NCBI GenBank assembly: GCA_028534125.1
Contig: CM052816.1
Span: forward strand, 35,094,001 to 35,158,000
Source of the DNA: Lama glama
Taxonomy: Eukaryota
Length of the DNA stretch: 64,000 bases
Direction: 5' to 3'
Shown here in pieces: positions 14,286 through 27,525 of the stretch (position 1 is the stretch's first letter; each line of letters starts with the position of its first letter). The notes under the pieces are model-generated. The model was not told the origin of the DNA. It was given only the letters and a program-made list of their open reading frames with translations, and made no database searches. A program made the translations under genes and the position numbers.

Positions 14286-14835
14286 CTACAGCAAAGAAAA
14301 AGAACAGTTTTTTTTTTAAGCTCAAGTATGAAAGCAGTTCCTTTAAGATGCATCTGAGGCAGTGGTAAATAAACCTAAGGGATATTTCATTCTGACCATT
14401 CAATCAGCACACTTAAGAAGCTGTAACCTCAAGAGGTTATAAAACAGATTTAAGAAATGTTACTACACAATAGCATTTTAAGATCTACATTATAGCAAAT
14501 TTCTATCAGAATTCTCAGCCTTCAAAATGATAGTATCCTTGTAACTAGAAGACAGCATGCACTCTCCTCTCACCATAAAGCTGAGTCAATGCTATTATTT
14601 GTCATTTCAAAAAAGTTGTCATCAGTATGTGATGGAATTTCATTTTGCAATGTAAAATTCCAATTCTCACTTGATCATAAATATTTTTCTACACAAACCA
14701 CATTACTGAGAGCTATTTTTCCACAACCAGCCATGAATTATGGCTGTCTATGACACTGCATAAAGTCCCACATCTTTCCCAAGTAACTTTCTGTACCATA
14801 ATAAAGCAACAAACATCAGCAACAAACAAGTAAGT

Positions 14836-14940
14836 ACAAGGAAGGAAAAATGAATGATGCAAGGAAGAAGGAGAGAAAGGGAGGAAAGAAAGGAGAGAAA
14901 GAAAAATGAGGGGATGGGGGAGAGAGGGAAGAAAAGAAAG
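14836..14940 (+). repeat. GA-rich low-complexity purine tract
   Basis: About 100 nt of almost only A/G on the plus strand. Confidence 0.8.
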
Positions 14941-15188
14941 TCCTAGAGGGATAGATTTTATTCTTGAATTTTAAAATCAATATACAGACTGAAATATAAC
15001 TATGATCTTTAACAAGTAACTTTAACAAGTAATCCACCATCTTGAAGTGAAAATCCACCCTAACTATGGCTTTAAAATGTCCTGGGCAGCCATGCGAAGT
15101 ACTTTACCTTCTGAAGCACCATGTGACAAATACGTCAGAGAAGGGAACAACAATGATTTTTTAACAACAACAGTTTACATGGATCATC

Positions 15189-15663
15189 TGTAGGGGTTCA
15201 GACCAGTCCCCCCCCCCCCAAGATGTGCCACTTTGCCACATGGATTGTTCTGAGCTAAAGACAGTTGAGACCCTGCAGACTCAAGGGAAAATTTTACTTC
15301 TTCCTTAAAGAATTTAATTTGGGGGCTTTGCCTATAATAAGAGTTATTACCAGAATTAACTATTTAGGACCTATCTGTATGACAGTGCTAACGTCCAAAT
15401 TACGAAACGTGTGCTCTTCTTTTCAGTGAATGACCCTCCTCCTCTCTGAATCCTCGGGTCCCTATTCCACTCCTCAGCTCAGGATGATATAGACACCTCA
15501 TTTTACGTTTCTATCTCTGAAACTTCGCATAATATGTGTAGGGTTCCTGTATGCACAAAATTGGATTTGACATCCTGCTGTTAATCAGTCTCATGTCAAT
15601 TTAATTCTTAGACCAGCCAGAAGAACCTAGATGGGTAGAAGGAAGTTTTCTCCCTCTGTGACA
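15189..15663 (+). mobile_element. ERV1 solo LTR, MER34-like
   Basis: TG...CA termini; 5' ccccaagatgtgccactttgccacatggattgttctgagctaaag and 3' ccagccagaagaacctagatgggtagaaggaagttttctcc resemble MER34-family ends. Confidence 0.75.
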
Positions 15664-15674
15664 AGTTTCTGAAC

Positions 15675-16230
15675 CTCAATCTAAAGCTAGAACGATAAAG
15701 GTCCTGGAAGAAAACACAGGAGAATATCTGTACAACAAAGTGGACAATCATGAGCAAAGCTTTCTGAGGCAGGACACCAAAAGCATGAAAAAGAAACAAC
15801 TGGAATTCATCAAAATTAAAAACATTTCCTCACAAGGCTCATTTTTAAAAAACGAAAAGTACAACTCCAATCTGGGAGAACATTTCTGCCATACATATAG
15901 TTGGCAAATAATCTCCATGTAAAACGTAAAGAGAACACACACCTCAGAAACATAACGACGAACAACCCAATTAAAACAAAACTGGGTAGAACACTTAACA
16001 GAAGAGGATGGACACAACACTGTAAACTGACTATACTTCAATTAAAGAAATGCAAAAAAAACCCCAAAAAACAAAGGATGAACAAATAAACAATAAGCAC
16101 ATCAAAAGAAGCTTGACATTAGTCAGTTAGTTAGTCAGTGACATTCCGATACAAACCACAAGATGCCACTTAATGCTATTTGAATACTAATATTACAAAA
16201 ATTAACAGTATCATGAGATTATGAGGATGC
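15675..16230 (+). mobile_element. Old L1M ORF2 fragment containing a nested ~60 bp young L1 tail (about 16014-16071)
   Basis: ctggaagaaaacacaggagaatatc, tggaattcatcaaaattaaaaac; interrupted by caacactgtaaactgactatacttcaattaaa and an A-rich tail. Confidence 0.8.
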
Positions 16231-16237
16231 TTCTCTG

Positions 16238-17300
16238 CAGTTGGTGACTGGGGTGGAACAGTAAAAGGACCCTGACTCTGTTATTTAAATAACGGCTAAG
16301 GTGTTACCGGTGGGGAAGGGGATGAGGGGCGCTATTGTCAGGGAAAGGGTTTAAGGAGGGGGAGGGGAGGTTGAAAGGGATGTGGAACCATTATTTACTG
16401 TTGCCAGAATAGCTGCTACCTAGTGGTCACTCCTAGTTTGAGGTCACAAAAATAACCTTCCCAGTAATGGGTAGAAAAACACATCAGTCAATATAAGGCC
16501 AGGAGACATGATTAAATGTATAACCAAAAAACCTAAAATTGAGAGGAAGAAAGTCAAGAATGACGTTGTTTTTAATCTGTTTTAGCTAAAATGAAGACCA
16601 AAGAGAAGCAGCCTAGAGTCTCAGAATTAAGACTTGTGACTCAGTCTATAAAAGGGAGGGACAAAATCCCTCAGGGGGGCCTTGGTGGCAATTTGATAGG
16701 TGAAATTTTATAGAAACGTGGGTAGAGGGGCAAACTCCTGAAACCCTGAAGAGGGGAACCACCCAACTCCTCTCTTGGGTAATGTATGAAATACTCCTAC
16801 TGAGGCTGCTGAGTGGTTGAGAAAGGCAGGCAACTTCAGATAGATGATGATACTCAAGATTCACCTCACACTATCCTTCTGACCCAGATGATGACAGATG
16901 CGGTAACAAAAGGAAGTCCAACTCTTTTTATAACTTTATTGTTGAGGGAACAAAAAGCGAACAAACAGACTACAGCAGAAGATAATTCAAAGGTAAGATA
17001 GGGAACAGGGACATTAAGTAACATGGAGTTTGGATCCTTGACTTTCCCATTATCTTTACTGACCTCTCTTCCTGTCCCTTTCGTTCCAAAGGAAAGAAAA
17101 GTCACACTCAGAAGGGTTGCTAGAAACAGCTGCAGCTCCCTCCTTAACAACTGCTTCAGAGCTGGTATCTCCTACAGAGATTATACCACATATTCTTGTC
17201 TTTAGCTTTGCTCTGTTTTGTATAGAGATAAGGAGGTTTGTGCAACATTCTTGAATCTGGAGAAGAACAGAAGGAATGGAGGCAAACTGCCTCATTCTCT
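16238..17300 (+). mobile_element. Class III (ERVL-like) endogenous retrovirus internal remnant: leader and degraded gag
   Basis: PBS-like start gttggtgactggggtgg. Peptides GTTQLLSWV, NTPTEAAEWLRKAG and DSPHTILLTQMMTDAVTKGSP occur in the order of recalled ERVL capsid motifs; stops and frameshifts present. Confidence 0.55.
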
Positions 17301-17994
17301 TCCAAGAAACAGGAATAGTAGCATCTCCTTTGGTTTCACAGATTTAGTAGTACTGAATGAAAATAAAGGTTGCACTGAAGTATAAATCAACAGAAATGAA
17401 ATAGACATAAAAATACGCATTCAAAGAATAATGAAGAGAGTTGACAGTTTTATTGTTTCATCTGCTTGCCAGTGATTTGTGACCATATAGGAATATCCAC
17501 AAACCTATGTTCAAAACTAATGATTACATCTGCCTGATGCCGAAACTACAAAACACTTGACTTAGAGTCTATGTGTTACTGACATTCGGATTCTACTCCT
17601 TATGTTAATTCATGAATACTAACATCATTATTGTGGTGAAAGAAATAGATACTTCCCCCATTTATCAGTTCTCTCTCAAAATGAAAAAATAGAATTCTGA
17701 AACATCAAATTATTTGGTCTAAATTGGATCACTCATTTTTAAACGGGGGAATGGGGGCAACTCTAAGATCTTGATACAGGTTTTAAAAACTTATGAAATT
17801 CTGTGTTTCTTCAACTCACCAGAATACTTTTTAAAACTGCTTAAAAGTCGATTTAAAGTCAGAACATAGTACAGGCAGAGGCAATTAAGTATTACTACTT
17901 GTCTGAAATCCACACTGGCAAAAAACAAGTGGGGACACATTTCTAACATGTTCCAGATATACCTGCTTGCTAAATCTCAGAAGAACTCCTATTA

Positions 17995-18130
17995 CATTGG
18001 CAGGAAATGCATTACCTCCACTTCGCATTGAAAACCAAGGCCCTGAGAAGATAAAATCCTGAGCACAATCACATAGGTACTAAGTGACAGAGTTAAGAAC
18101 CTTGATCTTCTGTCTTTGGCCTACCATTCA
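17995..18130 (-). mobile_element. MIR SINE fragment
   Basis: gaaaaccaaggccctgagaag...aatcacataggtactaagtgacagag, the reverse of the MIR core. Confidence 0.6.
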
Positions 18131-19084
18131 ACAAGTTCTGCCTTGCTTCTGACTGGTCTCTTCAGTGTGGTCAAGAGCATTACATTTACAATAAAGCTGA
18201 GTAGTACAATAATTTTCTGAGTCTAAATTATACATCTAAGAATAATATATCAGGTAATTGAAAAGAAGGGTCAAATACGGAACATACTATCTATAACCTG
18301 AATATTAAAATCTTAGATATTTATCTACAATATATGATAAATGAGTGTTATGTTACTAGATAGCCTATTCGTGCACCTTGCATAACCTTCATAACACACC
18401 TCCTCCCAACCAACTTTATGGCAATAAGTTGCTCACCTCCCAGAACTTCATGCTACTCTCTACATTATAAGTAGTTGTCCAAATCCCAATTTAGAAATCT
18501 TTATTGGAAGTGTAGAGCATCCTTTATTTCCATGGGAAATTTAAAGTTTTCCAATTTTCAGTACATTTTTAAAACATAGTTGTCATAACAACATTTCCCA
18601 GTCAAGTTTTTAGGATATATCAAGCTATTTGTATACTGTTTCAAAAATCTTGTGGCCTCCAAAATTGGGTTGGAAAATACTGCCAAGTCCAAACTACCCA
18701 CTGAATATCAAGAGAAATTCATTTAAACTTCAAAGGTAAAATCAGTGTTACCTACTTTAATGAAAAAAGGAAGCAAATGGCAATTATAATTTAAAAGTAA
18801 AGTAAGCTAAACAATGAGAAATATTTAATTTATAGATATTAGTAAAAACCCAAAAGAGATTTTTAAAAAAAATTGTGTTAGAGCAATGAAGGTTTCTTGG
18901 TTCCCAGCCCTGTGCTGCTACCACTAACTAACATCTGTAAAACTTTATTACAATGGTGGATGTTCCTTAACCATTGCATATTTGTTTCCCTATACTAGGA
19001 ACACTGCTCCTCTCCTGAGCTCAATCACTATAGCCCATCTTGCTGTTGAATATACTTCTCTCACTCTACTAGAAGAAAAACACC

Positions 19085-19520
19085 AAAGAAACCTGGATTG
19101 GAAAGGTCATCCAGCCCAACCATCCAGCAGAGATCATCCAGCCCAACCTTCTGCCCCAACAGTTACCATCCACCCATCCAACGGTTTAGTCATCCACTCA
19201 TTCCACAGATCTTTATCAAACACTGCTTTCACAGCAGATGAGAATTACGACTTTAGGCAACTGAGAAATAACTAAAACACCCTGTGATGGGGAACACTCA
19301 GCTCAATCAACAAAGTCAATCTAATTTTCAGTTGCCTTAATTCTCATATGGATTTTATTAGATTTATCTCTTATCAATTGGTTCAAGTACTGGAACATCC
19401 CTGTCTGCTACATAACAGCAAATTATGTTTAAGGACAAAAACTACATCCTCCAGAAGGCACGGTTTTCCAGTGTTAAATGTCATACATTCCTTGTATCAT
19501 TTTTTCCCATGAAGTAATTT
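19085..19520 (-). mobile_element. Probable CR1/L3 LINE fragment
   Basis: ttggaaaggtcatccagcccaacc resembles the reverse CR1 3' end; degraded similarity downstream. Confidence 0.45.
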
Positions 19521-19921
19521 CTATGCATTTCTGAAAATATATGTAGTAAGCATTAAATATATCTGAGAACATACATATGGTTAAATTAAAATGAACAATA
19601 CATCATGATCTACTTAGCTTCCTGAAACATATGTACATCCCACACCACCTGTTTATGTTATATCCACAAATAAAAGAAACAATACCATAATCTTCAAACT
19701 TTTCCTTCATTACCAAGATAAATTCATTTTACTAATTTCTTAGCACAGTGTATTCACTGAATCATTAACTATGATATAGGGAATAGGTTTTTTTCTGTTT
19801 CTAAATGTATCTATTCATTCGAAAATTGTTAGCAGGGAAACAGTGGATTTTCAAGAAGAAGAATGTGGAAGGACATAGGCATTCCCAACTGATTATAAAA
19901 AGTTGAGTTTTTAATTGAATG

Positions 19922-20643
19922 AGACATATGCCCAAGAGTGGAACTGCTGGATCATACGGTAGCTCTATTTTTAGTTTAAGCGATCTCTGCAGTGTTTTCC
20001 ACAGTGGCTGTACCAATTGACATTCTAACAGTGTACAAGGGTTCCGTTTTTTCCACATCCTGTCCAACATTATTTGTAGACCTTTTGATAGCCATTCTGA
20101 CTAGTGTGAGGTGATACTGCATTGTTTTGACTTTCATTTCTCTAATAATTAGAGATGTTGAGCACCTTTTCATGTGCCTGTTAGTCGTCTTTGTGTCTTC
20201 TTTGGAAAAATGTCTATTTAGGTTTTCTGCCTTTCTTTGATTTGGTTTTTTTTTTTATTGAGTTGTACGAGCTATTTGTATATTTTGGATACTAATCTCT
20301 TTTCAGTCACATCATTTGCAAATATTTCCTCCCAGTCCATAGTCAGCAGGTTGTCTTTTAGTTTTGATGATGGTTTCCTTTCTTGTGTCAAAGCTTCTAA
20401 GTTTCACTAGGTTCCATTTGTTTAGTTTGCTTTCATTTCTTTTGCCTTTAGAGGCTGATCTAAGAAAATATTGTTACAATTTATGTCAGAGTATTCTGCT
20501 TATGTTCTTTTCTAGGAGTTTTATGGTGTCATGTCTTACATCGAGGTTTTAAACCATTTTGAGTTTATTTTTTGAATATGGTATGAGAGAGTGTTTTAAT
20601 TTCGTTGTTTTACATGTAATTGTCCAGCCTTCCCAACACCACT
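19922..20643 (-). mobile_element. L1 ORF2 C-terminal fragment (3' UTR and polyA missing)
   Basis: ORFs [30 protein letters not shown] and LKIELPYDPAVPLLGI are L1 ORF2 C-terminal motifs. Confidence 0.92.
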
Positions 20644-21045
20644 GTTGGGATTTTACCATTTCATAACCTAGTTTTCATATCCTTGGACAGAAGGCAACTA
20701 AATTTAAAAATCTTTTGGCTAAAATAAGTAATTGATGAGGATGTCATGATTTACAACTATTAACATGCCATGACACAGATTTTAGACATATTTAAGAGCT
20801 AGAAATTAGGCACTTTGATAGTCATTGGAAGACAGGGGCTGGAGATAAAAGATTTTTGTGGCCATATGAGCCCAAGAAATCACAATATACCTTCCAATGG
20901 CTCATCTAAGAAAATAGTAGTTAATCTTACTGGTTGATTTGTGAGTGAAATTGAGAAGAAGAAATGGGTTAAGTTGGTCTCATTGCTCTCCTGGGAGTTG
21001 GCTGAGGCTGCTGAATCTGTTTCTAATAACTTCTGCTTCTGCCCC

Positions 21046-21471
21046 TGTCTTAAGTTTGGGTTCCCCTCGAAGCAGACCCTGAGACAAGAATTCAAATGCA
21101 AGGAGTTAATTTGAGAAGTGCAAGTAAGTAAGGAAGTAGCCGAAGTGATACAGGCAAGTGGAGGCAACCAATAAAAGGTAAGCTATTAAGCCAGTCACCT
21201 AACTTGGGCAAACTCTGTAAAGTGATACAAGTCACATGCCTCAGAACTAGCCCACTGAGGGGTATTCATAGGGAAACTCCTGAGAATCATTAGGTGAAGC
21301 TTGTAAGGAAAAGGAGTGTTATACCCTGGCAGTTTGTGCAGCAAACATGGGAAGAGGAGCCCTCTGTGGAACTAGTAAAAAGATCAAAGATGATGCCTGA
21401 AAATGAAAGGTGGCCAGAGTACACTGAAAGGTGCAAATAATATGAGCACTGCACTGACAGCATCTCCAGCA
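21046..21471 (-). mobile_element. ERVL solo LTR, LTR16-like
   Basis: Minus strand begins tgctggagatgctgtcagtg and ends cttgtctcagggtctgcttcgaggggaacccaaacttaagaca. Confidence 0.75.
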
Positions 21472-24400
21472 ACTCTTTACTTTACATGTATCCTGATTTC
21501 TCAAAGACTTACAATCCTAAAGGATGTCTCTCCTCTAGAGCTTCCTGTCCCTCTTGTCCTTAACAAATCCTGTCTATACCAGAGTACACAACTATCTTAC
21601 GTTGCCTCTTTCTAGCTTTACTCCAAATCTCCCACATATATATTTATTTGTAGAGTCTAAACTACTCATTGAATGTAAAAAGAAATGTGTTTAAATTTCA
21701 AAGGTAATACCAGTTATACCTACTTTAATAAAGACAAAAAGAAATGGGCAATTCTAAGTTAATAGGCAAACTAAACAATAACTCAGATGACTTCAGTAAG
21801 CTAAACAAATACTCAGTATAGTTTACAGATATTAACATTTGGGGTTTTATCTTAATATTTAGTGTGAGTGTTGTTTTTGCTGACCTTACCCTAAACCTCT
21901 ATGCAGTATTTTGGAGTATATACCTATGCTTCCACTGTTTCTAGTTAGGAGACTTATAAATATGCATCCAGAATTCACCCTTGTTACTAACAGAGGAGGT
22001 GTTCATCACGTGGAAGAAGCAAATACTCCAATATGCTCTGGCAGTAACAGCCATAGTCTCCGCATTCTTTAAGCATACTACAACTAGCATAAAATGGCTT
22101 CCTGGTCTTTTTCCTCAAAAAGCCATCAGAATGCACCTGATATGTTTCTAAATAGATGATTTAAGTCTTACCAAAAAGACATAATGATTAAAAGGACAAA
22201 CACTGCTAGAAAAATTTTCCAGTATCTAAAAAAATCTTCTGAGATAGTATTTTTTAAACATTAAATTGTTTACATACTCAGGACACTTAAAAGTTGCTTA
22301 TAAAATGAAATTTGTAAAATTACATTGAATATTCTAATTTCATTTTCTTAGGGATGATATAATTTTAAAGTATCTTGAGGCCAAATTTCTTATCTGTGAA
22401 TGTGATCAGTCTTTTTAAATCACATACTTTTAGGGTAAAATGGTAATTCTGTAAGAAAACATGAATAATCTGCTCAAAATCAGATCTTGGAAATGAATTT
22501 ACCTAACAAGGGTTATTGTCCATGTTTTACACCAAAATTTCAAAGTAAAAAGAATGAAATTTAAGTAAAACAACAGAGATTATAAGTTTCCTTACCAGTT
22601 AACACAATTTTAGCACCATATTCTGCAGCAGAATTCCATGCCAACTCTATTTGCTCACTCAAACCCTGTTTATTTCTCAGAAAAACTCTGGCTTTCAGAA
22701 ATTAACTAGTAAATATGGACAAAAGGTAGAAAGAGATGCTGAAGCATAAAGAAGCAATATTGATTAAAGTGCTTGACAAAGTGAATTAAAGGGAAAATTT
22801 GTTTCTGAAACACAATTAAGGCTAAAATTCACAACTAAGCCATGATGTAATTCCCAATTTAGTTCCTTATAGTAGAGTGAATTTTTAAAACTCAACCTTT
22901 CTCACAATGAAGCATGTCACAGTATGTAGTAGCTTGTAGGAAGTTAAGGAAAAGTTACTCTGAAAAATTTGGGAAATCTTTCTACCTCTTTTCTATTCTC
23001 TGTATCTCCATTATCGTAGAGAAAACATATTTAACTCACAGAAATTGGTGTAACAGAAACTTGACAGGTTTTCAATAGATTCACTCTAACTGATAACTTC
23101 AAACTGCATTCATTCTAGCCCAAGAACTGCAAATAAAATTTATAACTTAAGATTTATCTAAAAAGAATAATTCCTTTTCTGAAAGGGATATAAACAATAA
23201 ATGGGGAATAGAAGAGTGGAAACTAGAAAACACACACCTGCGACTACAATGTAACAATAAAAGGTAATCAGACTCCCTTAGAAGAAAGTAGGAACCCTGA
23301 CGAGAGCAGTCAAGAGGTCTGGTCTAGTTCATAGAAAATACATGAATGGGCTCCACAGAGTCAGAGACACTACTAACAAAGACTTTTTAAGGACTCACTT
23401 TGAGGCACAATGTCATACACAGGGAGATATAAAACAGTCTGGATTATACCAGACTATGGCAACTTGCTAACAGAAAGCCAGAAGAGCAAAAATATTATGT
23501 TTGGAAACAATGGAAGCTGAGACGCAGCTCAGAGTCTGGCTTCCAATCCATCCCACCATATACATACTTGTACTGAATTGTGCTAGAAATTCAAAGACAT
23601 GTGAATTAAAAAATAAGCTGAACAGAGTTCCTATTCTCAAGGGCTTTAACATAAGCATATGGAGACTAAAGAGTCAGACATATGAATAGTCTAGAGCTGG
23701 AACACTGAGGTGCAGGTGGTCAGTAGAAAGAAGATGGATAAAGAAGCTTCACAGAAGAGGTAAAAAGGTTTCCCAAATTTTTCAGAGTAACTTTTCCTTA
23801 ACTTCCTACAAGCCACCAAACTAAGAAAACCATAAAGTTTTGCTTTGGGTTGTCAGACGTCATAGTGCTTGTGGAAAGAAAACAGCTATGCTACTCCCAA
23901 GGGTCCTTGAAAGGAAAGGGTTAAGTGTAAGCTGTTTGGGGTGGACAAAGGCACAGGAGGTATGTACACCTGCTCAGGGGTGGAGGACAGGGTTGGTCAG
24001 TGATCCCAATGCTTCTTCACCTGTGGGTGGTGACTGTCATCATTCCACCAATGCTAGCGTTCTTATTCCCAGCCTCTCCTCAGACCAGAGGGTTTGTTTT
24101 CCTGTTTCATTCCTAACAAATTTTGCCCCCTGTATACCAGGCAGCAGTCTCTGCCACAGGCCCCAGGAGTCATTATTCCTATGGAACTCAATGTTATACA
24201 TAACTGGAGGGGAAGAGATGAAAGGCTGGGGAGAAATACAGTCCTGGAATTTTAAGACAGACTCTAAAAGCATAAGGGTATATTCTATTAGGCCCTTATA
24301 AAATGGTGGTTATGACCCATACCTTAAATACATCATCAATAAATTTAACAATCCAAACATCATTGCAAGCATTGCTTCTCTAGGAAAGTTCATCTCCAAA

Positions 24401-24479
24401 GAATAAATCAGATATACACTTTAAAAGTATAGTCTGTTCAAAACGTTATTTAAAGTGTCATAAGAGTAATATAACAAAT

Positions 24480-24785
24480 GATAAAAGTCAGAAAAAAAGA
24501 AGCCATATTGTATTAGAGAAGTCAGAAAAAGCTTCAAGAAAGAGGCAGAATTTAAGATAAGCCTTGAACATAGTTATAATTCTGATACACTAAAAGGAGA
24601 AAATAACTTTAGCAAATGCATAGAAAAATGCAGGAATCTTCTAGGGAGAGTGATTACACCAATATGGTGAAAGCAAGGAGCTGTTAAAGGGAGTAGAGTT
24701 GGGTGAAAAAACTAAAACTACACTTTCTGACCAAACCATGGAGAGCTTTAAATACCAAGCAATCTAGCATTCCCTTAATCTTATA
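24480..24785 (-). mobile_element. Degraded L2 fragment
   Basis: gagaagtcagaaaaagcttcaagaaagaggcagaatttaagataagccttgaa and accatggagagctttaaataccaagc are typical reverse L2 motifs. Confidence 0.6.
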
Positions 24786-24929
24786 ACCAGGCATCTCTAA
24801 ACTTGTATTGTGTAACCCATTAATTTTTTTTAATGTGAGCATTTGTTCCACTATACCAATACATAATATATCCTATACAGCATAAACTAAAGTGATGCAG
24901 TCACTGGGCAAACTGGTATAAATACAACT

Positions 24930-26680
24930 TTCCTTGCTTCTTTTCACTAAGTGTAACTGTAAACCTGGATGCAATGCAAGGAACAAGGAAAGAACTCTGA
25001 AAGACGATAAGAGGAAAGTGCATGGCTTTGGGATCCCAGGAAAGGGGGGACACCATAGTGGCAGGATGACTTAGTCCCCTCCACACAACATAGAGAGGCT
25101 TAGCTCTCAACCTAGCAACAGAAGACAGGCCAGACAGGCCCATTCTCCTGGGCCAAACAGCCGTCCTCCCCAACACCAGGTGAACCCAGGACCCTCTGCA
25201 AGGGGACTGAATGGGAGTCCAGCTAAAAATAAGCAGTCAAGGGAAATACTCTCTTTCCCACAGCGTCTGAGACTCCCCTGCCCTGACAGAAGTACAGGAT
25301 TGGCCCAGAAGTATCGCAGGAGGGACCCCAGCACAACAGGCCACCAAGATTGGGAAGTGCTCTGTCCCTACAGACCTGCTATCTCCCTCCCTGATCAAGA
25401 TATAACAAGGTAGGTAAGTTTCCAGCAAGGGAAAAGCTGCCACAAAAGGCAGCCTAGCCCGGGAAGCCTCTTTGTCCTTCCCAGACACAGGCAGCTGGGG
25501 TGCACTCATGGAGAGAATTACACAGCAGGCACCCACTCCCAGCCCGGGAAGTGCTCTCTGTTGACAACAGGCAGGGGACTTCAGCCAAAAAGCATCGAAC
25601 AGCCTGTGTGCCGGAAATTCCGTCCACCACAGGGAAACACCTGGCAGCCCACCCAGGGGAAACTCTGTCCATCCCAGTATAGCTCTAAGGGAGCAAGTGG
25701 AAACCAGATCAACCAGCAAACCAAAATAATACCACAAAGGCTCTAAAATTTAAATGATCACTTAAACCACAGTCCACAAAAGAAGGCCAGAACTTGCATG
25801 CTAAACCTAAACAAGGTAACTGCCTGCAAAAATGAAAGATTTAAGTAGGACCCAGAGTCTCCTAACAACGTAAAATGTCCCGAGTACAATTAAAAATCAC
25901 CCATCACAACCACAGGCAAGAAATCACAACCTTCATGAGACAAGACAGTCAACTGATACCAACATTGAGAGAGATCAGATGTTAGAATCACCTGACAAGA
26001 ATTTTAAAGCAGCCACAGAAATGCTTCAACAATCAAAATCCCTTAAAATAAATGAAAACAGATTATCTCAGCAGTAGAAACAGAAGTTATAAGAAAAGTG
26101 AAAAACCTAGAACTGAAAAACTCAGCAACAAAAATAAACTCACTGAATGAGCTCAATGGTAAAGTGAAGATTACAACAGGACAGAATCACTGAACTTGAT
26201 CAGTAGAATTTGCGCACTTTTAACAACAAAAAGATTTTTCAAAAAATGAACAGAGCCTCAGGAACCTGTGGAACAGCAACAAAAGGTCCGACATTTGTAT
26301 CATCCCACACATTCATGCTGAAAGACTACTCAAAGGAAAATGACTGAAAAACTCCCACATTCGGTGAGAGACAGACCAACAAACTCAGGAAGCTAAGAGA
26401 AACTTCAGTTTCTCTCAACTTACCTTAACTAAGGCAAATCATAATTAAATTTCTGAAAATGACAGACAAAGAAAAAGTCTAGAAAGCAGCCAGAGAGCAA
26501 TGACATATTACCTGGAAGGAGACGACTCAAGTGAAAAGTTTCTCCTCTGAAACTATGGTGTTCAGAAGGAGGTAGCACAGTATTTTTCACGTGTTGAAAG
26601 AAAAGAAATGTGCCAAACCTTTTTTTAAGAATAAAGGGAAAACAGACATTCTCAGATGAAGGAAAACTAAAACAATGTGA
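24930..26680 (+). mobile_element. Old L1M 5' UTR (GC-richer) and ORF1 remnant
   Basis: GC-rich 5' part followed by ORF1-type motifs cagatgttagaatcacctgacaagaattttaaagcagcc, aatgaacagagcctcaggaacctgtgg, agacattctcagatgaaggaaaactaa. Confidence 0.75.
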
Positions 26681-26853
26681 TCAAAAATAAATATAAACAG
26701 AGTTCTAACACTTTCTTCCTACTCCTCAATGAATTGTTTTATGTACCCAGACACTCCAATAGGGCAGACACTGAAGCCAGTCAGAAGGGTAATAGGATGA
26801 GACACTGTAAAAGTGACTTACAGGACCTCTGTTTAACTATCATAACAACTCTG

Positions 26854-27407
26854 TGAGAGGAAAGAGTTGAACACAGCAAGTCATTTTCATTTAGTTCCTG
26901 CTCATCTTGATATTCATGGTGATTGATGACCTGCAGTCAAACTGAGAACTAAACTGCTGGAATATTCAAAAGTTACTCAGTAATGCTGGTCCATATGCCT
27001 GAAGTGGCAGGTCAAGATGAATATGTTGTCAGCATGTTTAAAATAAACCTGAAGAGTCATGCTGTGCATCTGGTGCCTGGCTTGAGGTCCTCAGCATGAC
27101 TGCTCATGTGGCAGGTATGTGATCTGCTCCCTCTAGAATTCTGGACTCCAAGACTCAAAGTTTTCTGAGCCATGAGTATCACAAATGTCTCTGTAGTTTG
27201 TAGGTCAAAAGAAAGACATGCCCAAGCAATTGCTGCTTAAATAGGGCAAGAAAGCCTGTCTTTGACCTCTCCTTTGCTTTTCTTTCTGTTCTTGCATGTC
27301 TCCTTTGCTGTAATCAAACTTAACCTCAAGTACAACTTTATATTAATCTATGTGAGTCTTTCCACTGAAGGAATGAAACAGTAGGTGGTAGTGGGACCAT
27401 AAAGACA
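26854..27407 (+). mobile_element. ERVL-group solo LTR (MER77/MER21-like) with 5-bp TSD, inserted into a MIR
   Basis: TG...CA ends; TSD ctctg at 26849-26853 and 27408-27412; 3' ctttgctgtaatcaaacttaacc...tgtgagtctttcc...gtgggacc. Confidence 0.75.
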
Positions 27408-27525
27408 CTCTGTGAGGGCTTTCACATTCTGAGATCAGTTGAGTACAGCCAAAGGCAGAAACAGTGTTTGAACCGACATCTGACTCTGAAGGCTGTGTTC
27501 TTTCTAACAAATTATACTGCCTCCC
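27408..27525 (-). mobile_element. MIR fragment (other half at about 26800-26853)
   Basis: ggcagaaacagtgtttgaaccgacatctgactctgaaggctgtgttcttt...tatactgcctccca. Confidence 0.6.

Noticed and set aside
16866..17150. Processed pseudogene such as the connexin-43 copy known in the human FER locus
   Set aside because: No connexin motifs in any frame I read; the plus strand is better explained as ERV gag.
23840..24301. 153-aa ORF
   Set aside because: TTG start, no recognisable similarity or splice structure, antisense within an intron.
24901..25746. Cluster of overlapping ORFs on both strands
   Set aside because: GC-richer L1 5' UTR-like sequence with few stop codons; no coherent protein.
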